Shown here: positions 8,541 to 20,124 of the stretch, one piece after another
Position numbering within the stretch: the first letter of the stretch is position 1
Layout of the letters: every line of letters starts with the position of its first letter
Assembly (NCBI GenBank): GCA_041749075.1
Contig: JBGTBY010000035.1
Span: 350,268-414,267 of the forward strand
Source: Balneolales bacterium
GTDB taxonomy: Bacteria > Bacteroidota > Rhodothermia > Balneolales > HLUCCA01
DNA: 64,000 nt
Direction of reading: 5' to 3'
The notes under the pieces: model-generated
Database searches by the model: none
What the model was told of the DNA's origin: nothing
The model's input: the letters and a program-made list of their open reading frames with translations, nothing else
Program-made: the position numbers and the translations under genes

Positions 8541-9221
8541 TCAATAGCCATTTTTTTTCAACCACGACACTCCGGACTTCAACATTGGAGAACTTAACGA
8601 ATGGTCGTGGTCGAATCCTACAAATTCAGCGTCGATGTGATGTTTTTTTAGGATAGCGATCTGCTCCTGCTGCTTCTCCGGACTCACATCGGTATCCTTC
8701 AGACCATGCAAGGCCAACACCTTGATATGGCGCAATTGATCCCATTTCGAGTCCAATAGTTCGGTTTTGATGCGTCCGCCAATGATGATCATCTCATTGG
8801 TGTGCTTCCACCGGCTCAATCCGAAATACGCCGCTTGATACCCTCCCATCGAATAGCCAACCAGGCACAACCGCGTGATCTTTAGAAACGGCCTCACGCC
8901 ATCGATGATCTCCTGAATGAATTCAGCGGTGTACTCAAGCGATTTCACGAACGATCCCTGCTTTCCATTGTACAGATACCAGGAATACCCGATTTTCTCC
9001 CGCTCTTTAGCGTGCGTGAGTTCGGGATACGGCCCTTGCAGATACAAGTGGTAGGCATCCAATTCTTTGAACGCCTCCGTTTTCTTCTCGAACAGATCCA
9101 AATACTGACCGCGTCCATGCAAATAGACGATCAGCGGTTTCGGTCCTTTCGGACCCGTTTCAACCAACTTATAGGGCACTTCAATCTTGAAGCTGGTTTT
9201 GCCCGATACCAACACATCCAT
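8541..9221 (-). CDS. alpha/beta hydrolase (phospholipase/carboxylesterase-like)
   Basis: 226 aa with the nucleophile elbow GYSMGG and a C-terminal HxxxH/D region typical of small esterases. Confidence 0.7.
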   Translation of the reverse strand: MDVLVSGKTSFKIEVPYKLVETGPKGPKPLIVYLHGRGQYLDLFEKKTEAFKELDAYHLYLQGPYPELTHAKEREKIGYSWYLYNGKQGSFVKSLEYTAEFIQEIIDGVRPFLKITRLCLVGYSMGGYQAAYFGLSRWKHTNEMIIIGGRIKTELLDSKWDQLRHIKVLALHGLKDTDVSPEKQQEQIAILKKHHIDAEFVGFDHDHSLSSPMLKSGVSWLKKNGY

Positions 9222-9309
9222 CGGATAGCCTGAATTTTTGCTCTAAAATACACAGATGGTTCTTTGTAAATTGACCCGAAATCACAAAAAAACCACAAAT
9301 TCAGCCGTT

Positions 9310-10287
9310 ATGTCCGATATTCGCACCGACTGGACCGCTCACGAAGTCAGTTCCATCTACCACAGTCCGATTCTGGAATTGGTGTATCGCGCCGCAAATA
9401 TGCATCGCAAGTACCATGCGATCGGCGAAGTGCAAGTGAACACCTTGTTGTCGATCAAGACGGGTGGATGTCCCGAAGACTGCGCTTATTGTCCACAAGC
9501 CGCGCGTTACAGCACCGACATCGACGCGCATAAATTATTATGTGTGGATGATGTCCTTCAATCGGCCCAAGCCGCCAAAGAATCTGGAAGCACCCGTTTT
9601 TGCATGGGTGCCGCCTGGCGGAAAGTGAAAGACAATGCCGAATTCGACCAGGTGATCGACATGGTGAAAGGCGTGAATTCGATGGGGATGGAAGTCTGTT
9701 GCACATTGGGGATGCTCACCGCCGACCAAGCCCGTCGCCTCAAAGAAGCCGGATTGTATGCCTACAATCACAACATCGACACCAGCTCGGACTACTACGA
9801 GCAGATCATCACCACTCGTACCTATGGCGATCGCCTCGATACGATTTCGCATGTGCGTGAAGCGGGATTGTCGGTCTGCAGCGGTGGCATCATCGGACTT
9901 GGCGAAGACGACACCGATCGTATCGACATGCTTCACACCTTAGCCACGCTCCCAGAACATCCGGAATCCGTTCCAGTGAATGCCTTGGTCGCCGTGAAGG
10001 GAACTCCGCTCGAAAATCAGGAACGTGTATCGGTTTGGGACATGATCCGGATGATCGCGACTGCACGAATCATCATGCCACGGGCAATGGTCCGCTTATC
10101 TGCTGGTCGACTCGAAATGCCGATCGTCGAACAAGCGTTCTGTTTCATGGCGGGTGCGAATTCCATCTTCGCGGGCGATAAACTACTGACGACCCCGAAT
10201 CCTGGCGTAGATCAAGACAAAGCGATGTTCGAATTGCTTGGCCTGCATCCGCGCGAAGCGTTCAAAGAGCAGCCAGCCGTCGTCTGA
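9310..10287 (+). CDS. bioB: biotin synthase
   Basis: Radical-SAM [10 protein letters not shown] motif and YNHNIDT. Length fits BioB. Start taken at MSDIRTDW. Confidence 0.9.
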   Translation: MSDIRTDWTAHEVSSIYHSPILELVYRAANMHRKYHAIGEVQVNTLLSIKTGGCPEDCAYCPQAARYSTDIDAHKLLCVDDVLQSAQAAKESGSTRFCMGAAWRKVKDNAEFDQVIDMVKGVNSMGMEVCCTLGMLTADQARRLKEAGLYAYNHNIDTSSDYYEQIITTRTYGDRLDTISHVREAGLSVCSGGIIGLGEDDTDRIDMLHTLATLPEHPESVPVNALVAVKGTPLENQERVSVWDMIRMIATARIIMPRAMVRLSAGRLEMPIVEQAFCFMAGANSIFAGDKLLTTPNPGVDQDKAMFELLGLHPREAFKEQPAVV

Positions 10288-11539
10288 TGCTCTCGAAAAT
10301 ACGGTCGTATTGCTCGATGGTGGTCGTATACGGCGCCATCACATAGACCGTATTTCCCAGCGGACGTAGCAGGATGCCGTCTTCCAAGAATTCCGATTTC
10401 AACCGCTGCCCCACCCCGCTGAAATAACCCCGATTTGCGGATACGGGGACGTCCATTGCGACGATGGTACCGCAAACTCGGATTCGCTCAGCTTTGAAGT
10501 CGTGAGTGGTGAGTCGTGAGTGGTGGGACGCTTCAATGGATTGGATGACAGGTAATGCTTGGATGGTCAGTTCCAATGAAGCCAGTGCCGCGGTGCAACC
10601 GAGCGGATTGGCGGTGTACGAATGACCGTGCCAGAACGTGTGCGTGGGTTGCGGATCCCGAAACGCGTCTTGGATGTGAGATCCTGTGACCGTGAGCGAC
10701 ATGGGCAGAAATCCACCCGTCAATCCTTTCGACATACAAATGAAATCGGGCACAAATCCGGTCTTCTGAAACGCGAACAGCGATCCTGTCCGTCCGAAGC
10801 CCGTCATCACTTCATCAAAAATCACCAGAACCCCGAATTCCCTCGCCAATTCGCATGCGGCAGTAACAAAACCTGGGCGACACATCCGCATCCCTCCCGC
10901 CCCTTGCACCAACGGTTCGAGGATGATGGCGGCGTAGGCCTCGGGCGCCCTCGCTAACGTATCCCTGAGCGCTTGCAGGGCATTGGATTCGTTAAGGTCG
11001 ACATCCGCGTCAGCGGTCCACGTTTCCGGAAATGGAAGGCGGTCCACAGCAAATAGTAATGGTTCGAAGGCATCGGAAAAGACGGATCGGGCTCCGGCTG
11101 ACATCGCGCCGAAGGTATCGCCATGATAGGCTCCATCAAATGCCAGAATGCGGTTTCTTGCTATTTCATTTTGATTGCGCCAGTACTGCCAGGCCATTTT
11201 AAGGGCCACTTCAACGGCCGTAGAGCCATTATCGCTGAAAAACACGGTATTCAGAGAGGGCGGCAGATGGGATGTGAGCTTCGCGGCGAGTTCTTCGGCA
11301 GGCGGATGTGTGAATCCGGCGAATATCACATGTTCAAGAGTTTCGGCTTGTTTGGCGATCGCGGCAGAAATGACGCGATTCGAATGTCCGTGCAAATTGA
11401 CCCACCAAGAGGAAATGGCGTCGATGAATTCGCGTCCGTCTTCCAACGTGAGCACTGAACCCTGACCTTTCACGACCTTCAGAGGCTCAATGGCGGAATG
11501 AAGCGGCGTGAACGGATGCCAGATGCGATGATCAGCCAA
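10262..11539 (-). CDS. bioA: adenosylmethionine-8-amino-7-oxononanoate aminotransferase
   Basis: Class III aminotransferase pattern ([29 protein letters not shown]) in bio-operon context. Confidence 0.9.
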   Translation of the reverse strand: MADHRIWHPFTPLHSAIEPLKVVKGQGSVLTLEDGREFIDAISSWWVNLHGHSNRVISAAIAKQAETLEHVIFAGFTHPPAEELAAKLTSHLPPSLNTVFFSDNGSTAVEVALKMAWQYWRNQNEIARNRILAFDGAYHGDTFGAMSAGARSVFSDAFEPLLFAVDRLPFPETWTADADVDLNESNALQALRDTLARAPEAYAAIILEPLVQGAGGMRMCRPGFVTAACELAREFGVLVIFDEVMTGFGRTGSLFAFQKTGFVPDFICMSKGLTGGFLPMSLTVTGSHIQDAFRDPQPTHTFWHGHSYTANPLGCTAALASLELTIQALPVIQSIEASHHSRLTTHDFKAERIRVCGTIVAMDVPVSANRGYFSGVGQRLKSEFLEDGILLRPLGNTVYVMAPYTTTIEQYDRIFESIRRRLAAL

Positions 11540-12143
11540 TGGTGATGGTGCTTATGTCGAGCGGATCCATCCAAGGGATTTCAGCCAGTACGCGGACTTT
11601 CCCTATTTCCTGGATGTCGCGAGTGTTCAGCGGATGGGGTTCGCCGATCAAGACCACCCCCAGCACCGGAAGCCGTTTTTCGCGCAACAAATGCAAGGAC
11701 AAAAAGGTGTGATTCAGCGTTCCGAGCGTCGTTCGAGCCACCAGAACAAGCGGCGAGGCGTAATAGCGCATCAGATCGAGCATGGTGCGATGATTGTTGA
11801 GTGGGACCAAGAGTCCGCCAGCGGCCTCCATCACCAACGTCCCATGGTAATCTGGCAATTTAATCGATCGCATGGATATAGACATCCCCTCTTTTTCGGC
11901 GGCTTGGTTCGGGGATAGCGGCGCCTTCAAACGAAGCGCTGGTTTGAGGATCCGATCTTCTGGCATGCCGGTGAGCTGGCGCACAGTCTCGGAATCGTCA
12001 TCTTCCGGAAACCCGCTCTGCACCGGTTTCCAATAGCTGGCATGCAGTTGGTTGACCAATATGGCGGACACGACCGTCTTTCCCACATTCGTATCCGTTC
12101 CCGCGACCCAGATCCGCTCAGGCCAATCGCTGAATGAGCGCAT
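11532..12143 (-). CDS. bioD: dethiobiotin synthase
   Basis: P-loop GTDTNVGKT and a BioD-like length. Start chosen at MRSFSDWPERIW; the longer ORF would overlap bioC extensively. Confidence 0.8.
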   Translation of the reverse strand: MRSFSDWPERIWVAGTDTNVGKTVVSAILVNQLHASYWKPVQSGFPEDDDSETVRQLTGMPEDRILKPALRLKAPLSPNQAAEKEGMSISMRSIKLPDYHGTLVMEAAGGLLVPLNNHRTMLDLMRYYASPLVLVARTTLGTLNHTFLSLHLLREKRLPVLGVVLIGEPHPLNTRDIQEIGKVRVLAEIPWMDPLDISTITIG

Positions 12144-12885
12144 AGGTGATGCCATAAGTGATGGTGAAACTCCGGCGGCGTTTGGACAACCACACCTCTT
12201 GGATCTTGCGGACCGTACCCGGCGCCGGACGATCATTGTGTGGTTTCACATCCGCTCCAATCCGCTTCAAATGCGTGAAAAAGTCCAAGGGTGATTCATA
12301 GGTCTCCTTACATATCTCATTCAGCACCAATGTCTTGTATTTCAAACCCATGTGCGTGGCCACATCCGGTTTCGGAAGGGAATTTCCGGTGAATGGCACC
12401 TGCGCTTCGCGGCATAAGGATTTCCACTGCGGAAAACTCTTGCTGTTGAAATACGAAATCGCAATGAGTCCCCCGGGCTTGAGTGATTTTCCCAAGGTGT
12501 TCAACGTTGCTGGGAGATCATCCACCCATTGAACGGTAAGGCCAGATAAGAGCAAGCCATATTCCGAATCGGCCTTGAAATCCTGGATGTCCAATTGTCG
12601 GAATACCGTCGTATCCGGAAGCTTATGGCTGAGTTTTGTGCGACAAACATCCAGCATGTCCGCGCTCAAATCGGTCACTTCCCGCGAATGTGGCGCGAAC
12701 CATTTGGCTGTGCGTTCGGTGATGAAACCTGTGCCGCATCCGAATTCGAGAACGGGACCGTTCACATATTTCGTGAAGGGTTTGAGGAATTCCACCAGCC
12801 GGTCGGCGGCTTTGCGCTGAACCAAGGCATAGGTATCGTACTGATGCGATGCGGAACCGAAGGATCCGGCCACTGACGATTTCAT
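12118..12885 (-). CDS. bioC: malonyl-ACP O-methyltransferase
   Basis: SAM-MTase motif I (VLEFGCGTGF), a YDxxAxxQ start and bio-operon context. ATGA overlap with the upstream esterase gene. Confidence 0.8.
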   Translation of the reverse strand: MKSSVAGSFGSASHQYDTYALVQRKAADRLVEFLKPFTKYVNGPVLEFGCGTGFITERTAKWFAPHSREVTDLSADMLDVCRTKLSHKLPDTTVFRQLDIQDFKADSEYGLLLSGLTVQWVDDLPATLNTLGKSLKPGGLIAISYFNSKSFPQWKSLCREAQVPFTGNSLPKPDVATHMGLKYKTLVLNEICKETYESPLDFFTHLKRIGADVKPHNDRPAPGTVRKIQEVWLSKRRRSFTITYGITYALIQRLA

Positions 12886-13502
12886 CCCAACATGTTCTTC
12901 AACGAGTTCCAACACCAATCCGGTTCTGTGTAAGGTAGCGCATGACTGTCGCCCGGATGGATCGTTAGGGGAAAACCCAAGCGCTGGGCTTTGTCCAACG
13001 CAACGATCCGATCATGGCGGGCATGAAGGATAATCATTTTTCCACATCGGCGCATCACAGAACTTGCGGTTTCACTCTCTTCCAGAAGGATCAGATCGTC
13101 GCTGAGTTTGGTGACATCCTGGAAGCTCGAAATTCCTCTCTCCTTGTCTCCTGAGTTCTCATAGAAGGCTTGAAGCACCGGCACGGCTCCCATCCGCAAA
13201 CGGTCTCTCATGCGGCGCGTGGTGCGTTTCTCAATGTCTGAATCACAAAATTGATCGAAGCCGCTGATCACGATCCAGATATCGGGCATGCCCATGGTAT
13301 CGGGATCGAAAAACACACATCCTAGGCTATGAGTTACTAAAATTCTGCGTCGGTCTGTCGTGAAGCTCGGTTCGTTCGGCGCGCCGAAATAGCCCCGGTC
13401 GTACACGTGAAGGATGTCCGTTTCTGGAAGGAGTTTGCGCCACGGCTCCCAGGCCGATGCATCATATCCCCATCCGTGGATAAACATCCATTCCGAACTC
13501 AT
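12882..13502 (-). CDS. short alpha/beta hydrolase, candidate pimeloyl-ACP methyl ester esterase (BioH/BioG-like)
   Basis: 206 aa. FIHGWGYDASAW start, nucleophile region VTHSLGC, and a late DxH. Sits between bioF and bioC with 4-nt overlaps. Confidence 0.6.
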   Translation of the reverse strand: MSSEWMFIHGWGYDASAWEPWRKLLPETDILHVYDRGYFGAPNEPSFTTDRRRILVTHSLGCVFFDPDTMGMPDIWIVISGFDQFCDSDIEKRTTRRMRDRLRMGAVPVLQAFYENSGDKERGISSFQDVTKLSDDLILLEESETASSVMRRCGKMIILHARHDRIVALDKAQRLGFPLTIHPGDSHALPYTEPDWCWNSLKNMLG

Positions 13503-14623
13503 GAGCGGGCCATCTGCTCGATCAGAGCGTCGATGTGCTCTTGGGTGTGGCTGGCGGATACGGTGAAGCGGATGCGGGCGGTGCCTTCTTCCACGGTCGG
13601 CGGACGAATCGCTTGCGCGATGAACCCGGCTTGATGCAATTGTTCAGCCACCTTCATCGCATCCTCATCCGAACCGATCACAGCTGGAACGATGGCGCTT
13701 TCGGAGTTTCGGGTCGGATATCCGTGGGATGTGAGTCCGTTGCGAAGCGCATGGGCCATCGCGAAGACATGAGAGCGCTCGGCATTGAGTGAGGGCATCA
13801 GATTCAGAGCCCCTAGGCTCGCCCCTAACACCGCTGGAGGAAGAGATGTGGAATAGATGAATCCCGCGCTGAAATTGACCAGATATTCGCGGATGTCGGG
13901 TTCGCACGCCACGAACGCCCCGAACGAGCCGAACGCTTTCCCGAAGGTACCCACGACGATATCCACGCCCGGTTTTCCGAAGCACATGCCGCGTCCTTGC
14001 GGACCCATCAGACCGATTGAATGGGCTTCATCCACCATCAGAATCGCATCATATTTGTCGGACAGTTCGATGATGGAATCGATGTCGGCCAAATCCCCAT
14101 CCATGCTGAACACGGATTCCGTGACAATGATTTTTCTCGAAGACGACTCGGCATCATTCTTCAACAATGTTTCGAGATGTCTGACATCATTGTGCCGATA
14201 TCGCCTCAATGTGGCGCGGGATAATAATGCGCCTTGGTATAAGCTGTTGTGATTGAGCTTGTCGAAATACAAAATGCTGTCGCGATTGGCCAGTGCCGGC
14301 AGGACCGATGTGTTCATCTGGAAGCCGGAATTGAACAACAGTGCGGATGGGCGATCTGCGAAAGCCGCCATCCCCTGCTCCAATTGTTCATGGAGCAACA
14401 ACGTGCCGGAAACCAATCTCGACGCGCCTGAGCCGGCGCCATGGCGTTCCAGTGCGACGCGAGCGCCTTCTTTGACGGCCGGATGCGTTTTCAGGCCGAG
14501 ATAATCGTTCGAGCAGACATTCACCCGAAGGCCGTCATCCGGATGGCGATGCGCCGTGCGCAAGCGATGAGAGGCCTTGCGGTCGTCCAAGGCCTGCCGG
14601 ATGAACTCGAAACGCGGTTTCAC
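13499..14623 (-). CDS. bioF: 8-amino-7-oxononanoate synthase
   Basis: Alpha-oxoamine synthase pattern (SNDYLGL, DEAHS, GTFGKAFG with the PLP lysine). Confidence 0.9.
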   Translation of the reverse strand: MKPRFEFIRQALDDRKASHRLRTAHRHPDDGLRVNVCSNDYLGLKTHPAVKEGARVALERHGAGSGASRLVSGTLLLHEQLEQGMAAFADRPSALLFNSGFQMNTSVLPALANRDSILYFDKLNHNSLYQGALLSRATLRRYRHNDVRHLETLLKNDAESSSRKIIVTESVFSMDGDLADIDSIIELSDKYDAILMVDEAHSIGLMGPQGRGMCFGKPGVDIVVGTFGKAFGSFGAFVACEPDIREYLVNFSAGFIYSTSLPPAVLGASLGALNLMPSLNAERSHVFAMAHALRNGLTSHGYPTRNSESAIVPAVIGSDEDAMKVAEQLHQAGFIAQAIRPPTVEEGTARIRFTVSASHTQEHIDALIEQMARS

Positions 14624-15693
14624 AAAATGGGTGTGGTTCTGAAGGTGCGGGCGATGGCTTCGAACTGATACACATAGCGCCGTTGCTTGTATTTGGGAGA
14701 AAACTGTCCGTATTCGATGAAATAAAGACGGCGCTGCACATCATCATACATCACATATGACATGAACGGTCCGCCCATCGATTGATCCGACATCACCCAG
14801 ATGCCACGGGTTTCATAAGAGTTGCGTCCGTTGATGGTCATGAAACGGGTTTCGTGGGCACGACGGTAATCGGTGGTCACATACGCGTCTTCGCGGGATC
14901 CGCGCATGTAGAGTTGGTTGAGGCTGTCGCGACGGGCATTGATCCAGTCTTTGTTCACAAATTCGATGTTGTCGACATCCTCTATCCAATGAAACCAGAT
15001 CCAACGGTCGTTATCCGGAAGAAAGCGCCTCATCGTGAGGAAATCGGTGGTATCGATGCCCACTCGGTAATCATGTTGGATGCGGATACTGAACCCATGA
15101 TCCTGAAAGATGGAATCGGCCAGCAAGACCTGCTCGCCACGACGATACACATCATACTCATGGCGAGGCAGCTCCACCTCATGCAGGCTTTTGACGATGA
15201 ATTCACTGTTCGAATTGATTTTTTCAATCAATTCCGCTTGGTTGTTCGCGACGATGATGAGCACGAATTGATCGCGATACCAGCGGTCGCGCAATGGAAA
15301 CACAAATTGTTGCCCGCTCCGGATGCGGTCTTTCACGCCTTCACTGAGCAAGGAACTCACATAGCGTCCCACATTGGAACTGTCTTGCAAATGGGAAATG
15401 AGAACGAGATTCTTATGCTTCTGATGCTGGTCCACGTCCTTATTGGTCTTGATCGTACGGAATTGGATATCAAAAAAAGGTTCCGGGCGAGGAATCGTGC
15501 GGATGTAGCGACCGATGCTGTTTCGAACCGCATCCCCAACGGCATCATCCACATGGGAACTATCCATCACAACCAAGACTTCCGACACCGCTCCGATCGC
15601 GGCTTCGCGGTAATCACCACCGCATCCTTGCACATTTACCATTGCCGCAACCACAAGCACGGCAAGCGCTAACGTATTCAAAAAACGATACAT
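14620..15693 (-). CDS. lipoprotein, DUF4837-like
   Basis: Signal plus the Cys of VQGCGG. The overall pattern, including the C-terminal GGPF...YFIEY...KYKQRRY, recalls the Bacteroidota DUF4837 family from memory only. Overlaps bioF by 4 nt and lies 10 nt after trpA. Confidence 0.45.
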   Translation of the reverse strand: MYRFLNTLALAVLVVAAMVNVQGCGGDYREAAIGAVSEVLVVMDSSHVDDAVGDAVRNSIGRYIRTIPRPEPFFDIQFRTIKTNKDVDQHQKHKNLVLISHLQDSSNVGRYVSSLLSEGVKDRIRSGQQFVFPLRDRWYRDQFVLIIVANNQAELIEKINSNSEFIVKSLHEVELPRHEYDVYRRGEQVLLADSIFQDHGFSIRIQHDYRVGIDTTDFLTMRRFLPDNDRWIWFHWIEDVDNIEFVNKDWINARRDSLNQLYMRGSREDAYVTTDYRRAHETRFMTINGRNSYETRGIWVMSDQSMGGPFMSYVMYDDVQRRLYFIEYGQFSPKYKQRRYVYQFEAIARTFRTTPIL

Positions 15694-15703
15694 GACCTAA
15701 GGT

Positions 15704-16498
15704 TTAAGCTCCGGTTTTGATGGAGCGTACGAATTGAGCCACCCGTTCCGTCCAGTCCGGGTTGGGGTAATGCGCGCGGATGGTTTCGATCAACGCACTC
15801 CCAATGATAAAGCCTTGCAAGCCGGAAGCAATGCGTTTCGCATCCTCATGCGATTTGATGCCGAATCCCACCAAAACCGGATTTTGGGTGATGTTGGCTC
15901 GCACCCGATCTTTGAACCGGTCGACCGATTTCTGAACATCTCCCCCATCCCGCGCTCCGGTCACGCCGGTCACGGAAACGCAGTACACAAAACCGGTCGA
16001 TAACGAATCGATTAGCCTCATCCGCTCGTCCGTGGTGTTCGGCGCGACAAGGAAGATGAAATCCAACCCATTCGCGTCGCATAAGCGCTTCACGCGGGCG
16101 GATTCCTCCACTGGCACGTCCGGCAAAATCACGCCATCGGCACCGGCTTCCGCCGCATCCTTGAAAAAGGCATCGAATCCATATCGGATCACCGGGTTCA
16201 CATACCCCATCAGGATAATCGGGATGGTGGATGTGGCTCGGATCTGGCGCACCATCTCCAATATCTGAGGGATGCCGACACCATTTTTGATCGCCACGTC
16301 TGACGCATACTGGATCGTCGGACCATCCGCCAGCGGATCGCTGAATGGCATGCCAAGCTCAATCAGATCCGCGCCGGCTTGTTCGAGTTTGTGAACCAGA
16401 TCGACGGTGGAATTCGCTTCTGGATAACCAGCCGTCAGAAACAGGCTGAAAACAGGCTCGTCTTTCTTGTTGGAAAACAGATGTTGGATGCGGCTCAT
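15704..16498 (-). CDS. trpA: tryptophan synthase alpha chain
   Basis: FLTAGYP...[17 protein letters not shown] motif. ATGA overlap with trpB. Start taken at MSRIQHLF. Confidence 0.9.
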   Translation of the reverse strand: MSRIQHLFSNKKDEPVFSLFLTAGYPEANSTVDLVHKLEQAGADLIELGMPFSDPLADGPTIQYASDVAIKNGVGIPQILEMVRQIRATSTIPIILMGYVNPVIRYGFDAFFKDAAEAGADGVILPDVPVEESARVKRLCDANGLDFIFLVAPNTTDERMRLIDSLSTGFVYCVSVTGVTGARDGGDVQKSVDRFKDRVRANITQNPVLVGFGIKSHEDAKRIASGLQGFIIGSALIETIRAHYPNPDWTERVAQFVRSIKTGA

Positions 16499-17691
16499 GA
16501 AAAGAAGTACTTGGAGATGGTGCCCATGTCTTTGTCGCCACGACCGGAGCAATTCACAACGATGATATCACCGACGGATGTGGTCGGCATCAGGGTTTCG
16601 AGATAGGCAAAAGCATGACCGGTTTCAATGGCGGGGATGATGCCTTCAAGACGACTGGCTCGCTGCACGCCGGCCATCGCTTCGTCGTCAGTAACCGGAA
16701 CGTAGGTCACACGATGGATGTCGTGCAAATAGGAATGCTCCGGACCCACACCGGGATAATCGAGTCCTGCGCTGATGGAATGGGCCAGCGCGATTTGTCC
16801 GTCGTCGGTTTGAAGCAGATAACTCAGCGAGCCATGCAGCACACCAGGTGATCCTTTTGCGAATGTCGCGGCGGTTTGTCCGCTGTCCACGCCATGTCCG
16901 CCGGCTTCCGTGCCGATCAATCGAACCGATGCATCTTCGATGAACGGATAGAAGATGCCCATCGCGTTCGATCCACCTCCCACACATGCGACCACCACAT
17001 CCGGCAACTTGCCTTCGATCTGCATGAGTTGGCGCTTGGTCTCATCACCGATGATGCGATGGAAATTGCGGACCATCATCGGGTACGGATGCGGCCCGAC
17101 AACCGATCCGATGATATAAAATGTAGTGTCCACGTTCGTCACCCAGTCGCGGATAGCCTCGTTCGTGGCGTCTTTCAAGGTTTTGGAACCGCTATGCACA
17201 GGAACGACTGTCGCGCCGAGAAGGCGCATGCGGTCGACATTCAGCTTTTGGCGTTCGGTATCTTCGGCGCCCATGTAGACAATGCATTCCAGCCCGAATT
17301 TGGCGCAAACCGTTGCTGTGGCCACGCCATGCTGACCGGCTCCGGTCTCTGCGATGATGCGCTTCTTGCCCATGCGTCGGGCAAGCAAGACCTGACCGAT
17401 CGTGTTATTGATCTTATGAGCGCCGGTATGGCAGAGATCTTCGCGCTTGAGATAGATGTTGCCTTTGCCGTAATGCTCAGTGAGTCGATGAGCGAGGGTG
17501 AGCGGCGTGGGTCGGCCGACGTATTCACGCAGCAGGGCAAGGTATTCGGCGTCAAACGAGGGATCTCGTTGTGCCTGGGCATACGCTTCTTCCAACTCGA
17601 CGAGTGCGGGTATGAGGATTTCCGGAACGAATTTGCCCCCATAATCGCCGAAATAACCGGTTTCAGAGGGGACGTTGTACGATGGATTCAT
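16495..17691 (-). CDS. trpB: tryptophan synthase beta chain
   Basis: [12 protein letters not shown]-lysine motif and GGGSNAMG. Confidence 0.95.
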   Translation of the reverse strand: MNPSYNVPSETGYFGDYGGKFVPEILIPALVELEEAYAQAQRDPSFDAEYLALLREYVGRPTPLTLAHRLTEHYGKGNIYLKREDLCHTGAHKINNTIGQVLLARRMGKKRIIAETGAGQHGVATATVCAKFGLECIVYMGAEDTERQKLNVDRMRLLGATVVPVHSGSKTLKDATNEAIRDWVTNVDTTFYIIGSVVGPHPYPMMVRNFHRIIGDETKRQLMQIEGKLPDVVVACVGGGSNAMGIFYPFIEDASVRLIGTEAGGHGVDSGQTAATFAKGSPGVLHGSLSYLLQTDDGQIALAHSISAGLDYPGVGPEHSYLHDIHRVTYVPVTDDEAMAGVQRASRLEGIIPAIETGHAFAYLETLMPTTSVGDIIVVNCSGRGDKDMGTISKYFFS

Positions 17692-18341
17692 GAATTCAAG
17701 GATTCGATGGTGTCAAAAAAGTCGGATAATTTGGACGCGTCTTTCACGCCTGGAGAGGATTCGAGCCGACTAGACGCATCCACCCCGAACGGGTAAACCG
17801 TCTCAACCAAGTCGGACACGTTTCCGGCATGCAAGCCGCCCGAGACAAAAAACGGCACACCCGGATCGAAATCAATCAGGATGTCCCATGCAAACGTAGA
17901 ACCCGTTCCACCGGACTGACCGTTCGTCTTCGTATCGAATAAGAAATAAGCCACACTGTCTGTAAATGGCGCGGTGAGCTTCATCAGATCGTCGGCAGTT
18001 GTATTCTCATCCACACCAAACGCTTTGATCACCGGTTTATCGAGCATCGCGATGTATTCGGGCGATTCATCGCCATGAAGCTGGATCATCGACACACCCG
18101 ATACCTTCACATACTCGATCACATCATCCAATGGCTGATTCACAAACACAGCCACGGTTTTCGGTCCGTGAACCCAGTTGATGATGTCCTTCACCTTTTC
18201 AGCGGTGATATGCCTCGGACTTCCTGGATAAGCGATAAATCCAAGGAAATCGGCCATCGCACCAGATGCGAAACGGGCGTCTTCAAGACGTGTGAGTCCG
18301 CAGATCTTGGTCTGCACGTGGTAATCGGGGTCAATGATCAT
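17688..18341 (-). CDS. trpF: phosphoribosylanthranilate isomerase
   Basis: KICGLT start, 217 aa, and position between trpC and trpB. Confidence 0.85.
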   Translation of the reverse strand: MIIDPDYHVQTKICGLTRLEDARFASGAMADFLGFIAYPGSPRHITAEKVKDIINWVHGPKTVAVFVNQPLDDVIEYVKVSGVSMIQLHGDESPEYIAMLDKPVIKAFGVDENTTADDLMKLTAPFTDSVAYFLFDTKTNGQSGGTGSTFAWDILIDFDPGVPFFVSGGLHAGNVSDLVETVYPFGVDASSRLESSPGVKDASKLSDFFDTIESLNS

Positions 18342-19111
18342 GAAAGAATGTTGGTTAAAGCCTCACCCGGATGGGCTTGGCGCATGAAATGTTCGCCGAT
18401 CAATGCGGCGTTGATGTTGTGTTCGCGAAGATATCGGATGTCAGCGGGTGTCGTCAAGGCGCTTTCTGAAACAGTCACCACATTCTCAGGCGCAGTATTG
18501 AGCAACGCGACGCCTCGATGCACATCCACTTCAAACGTGCGGAGATCGCGGTTATTCACTCCGAAAATGCGGACCTGGTTGAAATCGATGTTCGCCACAT
18601 CCGCCGAATCATAGGCTTCGACAAGACATTCGAGTCCGGCTTCGGTCGCGGCATGATGCAGCTCGGACAACTGGGTTCCACTAAGTACTGTCGCGATGAG
18701 CAAGATCGCATCCGCACCCCATCCTTTCGCTTCTTCGATCTGATACTCATCCACAATGAAATCCTTCCGCAGTACAGGGATGCTCACTTCGTGCGAAACC
18801 GTGGTCAAATACTCGCCTTTCCCTTGGAAAAAGGGTTCGTCCGTTAGCACGCTGATGGCGGCCGCACCGGCTTCCTGATATTGCGCGGCGATGCGTTGAG
18901 GATCGAAATCCTTCCGTATCAATCCTTTGGATGGGGATGCTTTCTTGATTTCGGCCAGAATCTTCACATCGTCCCCTTTCAAGGCATCATACAAAGATCG
19001 ACGCGGACGATGATAGTCTTCCAAATCACAAAAATCGGCCTTACCCACCTTCCGCTTGCGAGAAATCAGATCTTCTTTGGTTTGGGCGATGATGCGGTCG
19101 AGGATGGTCAT
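18338..19111 (-). CDS. trpC: indole-3-glycerol phosphate synthase
   Basis: EIKKASPSKG and LRKDFI motifs. Confidence 0.9.
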   Translation of the reverse strand: MTILDRIIAQTKEDLISRKRKVGKADFCDLEDYHRPRRSLYDALKGDDVKILAEIKKASPSKGLIRKDFDPQRIAAQYQEAGAAAISVLTDEPFFQGKGEYLTTVSHEVSIPVLRKDFIVDEYQIEEAKGWGADAILLIATVLSGTQLSELHHAATEAGLECLVEAYDSADVANIDFNQVRIFGVNNRDLRTFEVDVHRGVALLNTAPENVVTVSESALTTPADIRYLREHNINAALIGEHFMRQAHPGEALTNILS

Positions 19112-20124
19112 GCGCTGGCGCGGATGTAGGTGGTTAGTACTTTTTTCGCCGTGCCGGACATCACGCTTTCGCGCGCCATCTCAATGCCTTCCGCCAAACT
19201 CGAGGCTTTCCCCGAAAGTTCGATCGCTTTTCCGGCGTTCAGAAAAACCACCTCATTTTGCGCACGGGTGCCGTTTCCAGCCAGTATCGCACGGAGGATG
19301 GATGCGTTCTCGGTGGCATCCCCACCTTTCAGATCATCGGGTTCGGCTTTTGCGAGTCCATGAGCGGACGAATCGAGGCGATATGGAGCGCGAAGTAAGC
19401 GTCCGTGGATTTCATACACATCTGAAAGGGATGTGGTGCTGAGTTCATCGAGTCCGTCGTGCGAATAGACGGTTGCTGCGGCTTCTGAATCCAGATGGAC
19501 CAGAATATTGGCCATGGTTTCGGCGGTTTCTCTGCTATATGCACCGATCAGTTGGCGTTTGACGCCGGCAGGATTCAGTAACGGACCCAGAATGTTGAAG
19601 AAGGTCCGCATCCCTAATGATTTCCTCACCGTACCCACATGCTTCATCGCCGGATGAAACAGCGGAGCAAATAAAAATGTGATGCCCGCTTCCTGAAACA
19701 CCTGTTCCGCTTTTTCTTTACCGAGCATGGCATTTCCACCTAAGGCTTCCAGTACATCCGCGCTTCCACTGCGGCTCGAAATGCTTCTGTTTCCATGCTT
19801 GATGACCGGAACACCGGCTCCAGCCACCACAAAGGCGACCGTAGTCGAGATGTTAAAGCTTCCGGAGTGGTCGCCGCCGGTTCCGCACACATCCACCGCG
19901 CCTGTCACATCAACTTCCACCGGAATGGCGGCATAGCGCATCACATTCACAAACGCAGTGAGTTCATGGATCCGCTCGCCTTTCGCCCGCATCCCGAACA
20001 GGAAGGCTGCGATCTGGCTTTCGGGCACATCCCCAGAAATAATCATCGTCAGCGCGGATGAGGCTTCTTCAGCGGTCAGATCTTCGCGATTCGCCAGTTT
20101 ATGCAGAATGTCGTTCATGCTCAT
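19108..20124 (-). CDS. trpD: anthranilate phosphoribosyltransferase
   Basis: CGTGGDHSGSFNISTT and HGNRSISS motifs. Confidence 0.9.
   Translation of the reverse strand: MSMNDILHKLANREDLTAEEASSALTMIISGDVPESQIAAFLFGMRAKGERIHELTAFVNVMRYAAIPVEVDVTGAVDVCGTGGDHSGSFNISTTVAFVVAGAGVPVIKHGNRSISSRSGSADVLEALGGNAMLGKEKAEQVFQEAGITFLFAPLFHPAMKHVGTVRKSLGMRTFFNILGPLLNPAGVKRQLIGAYSRETAETMANILVHLDSEAAATVYSHDGLDELSTTSLSDVYEIHGRLLRAPYRLDSSAHGLAKAEPDDLKGGDATENASILRAILAGNGTRAQNEVVFLNAGKAIELSGKASSLAEGIEMARESVMSGTAKKVLTTYIRASA

Noticed and set aside
9222-9309. BirA-operator-like sequence TGTAAATTGACCCGAAATCACA and an 8-bp inverted pair CTGAATTT/AAATTCAG in the bioB upstream region
   Set aside because: The half-sites match each other at only 5 of 7 positions, and the spacing does not fit the known TGTAAAC-N14-16-GTTTACA layout. 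I cannot tell whether this organism's BirA has a DNA-binding domain.
10498-10525. 14-bp tandem duplication GTCGTGAGTGGTGA x2 inside bioA
   Set aside because: It lies in frame within an ordinary segment of BioA (…[11 protein letters not shown]…) and aligns positionally with other BioA proteins without an insertion. It is probably a chance or slippage-derived coding repeat with no separate function.
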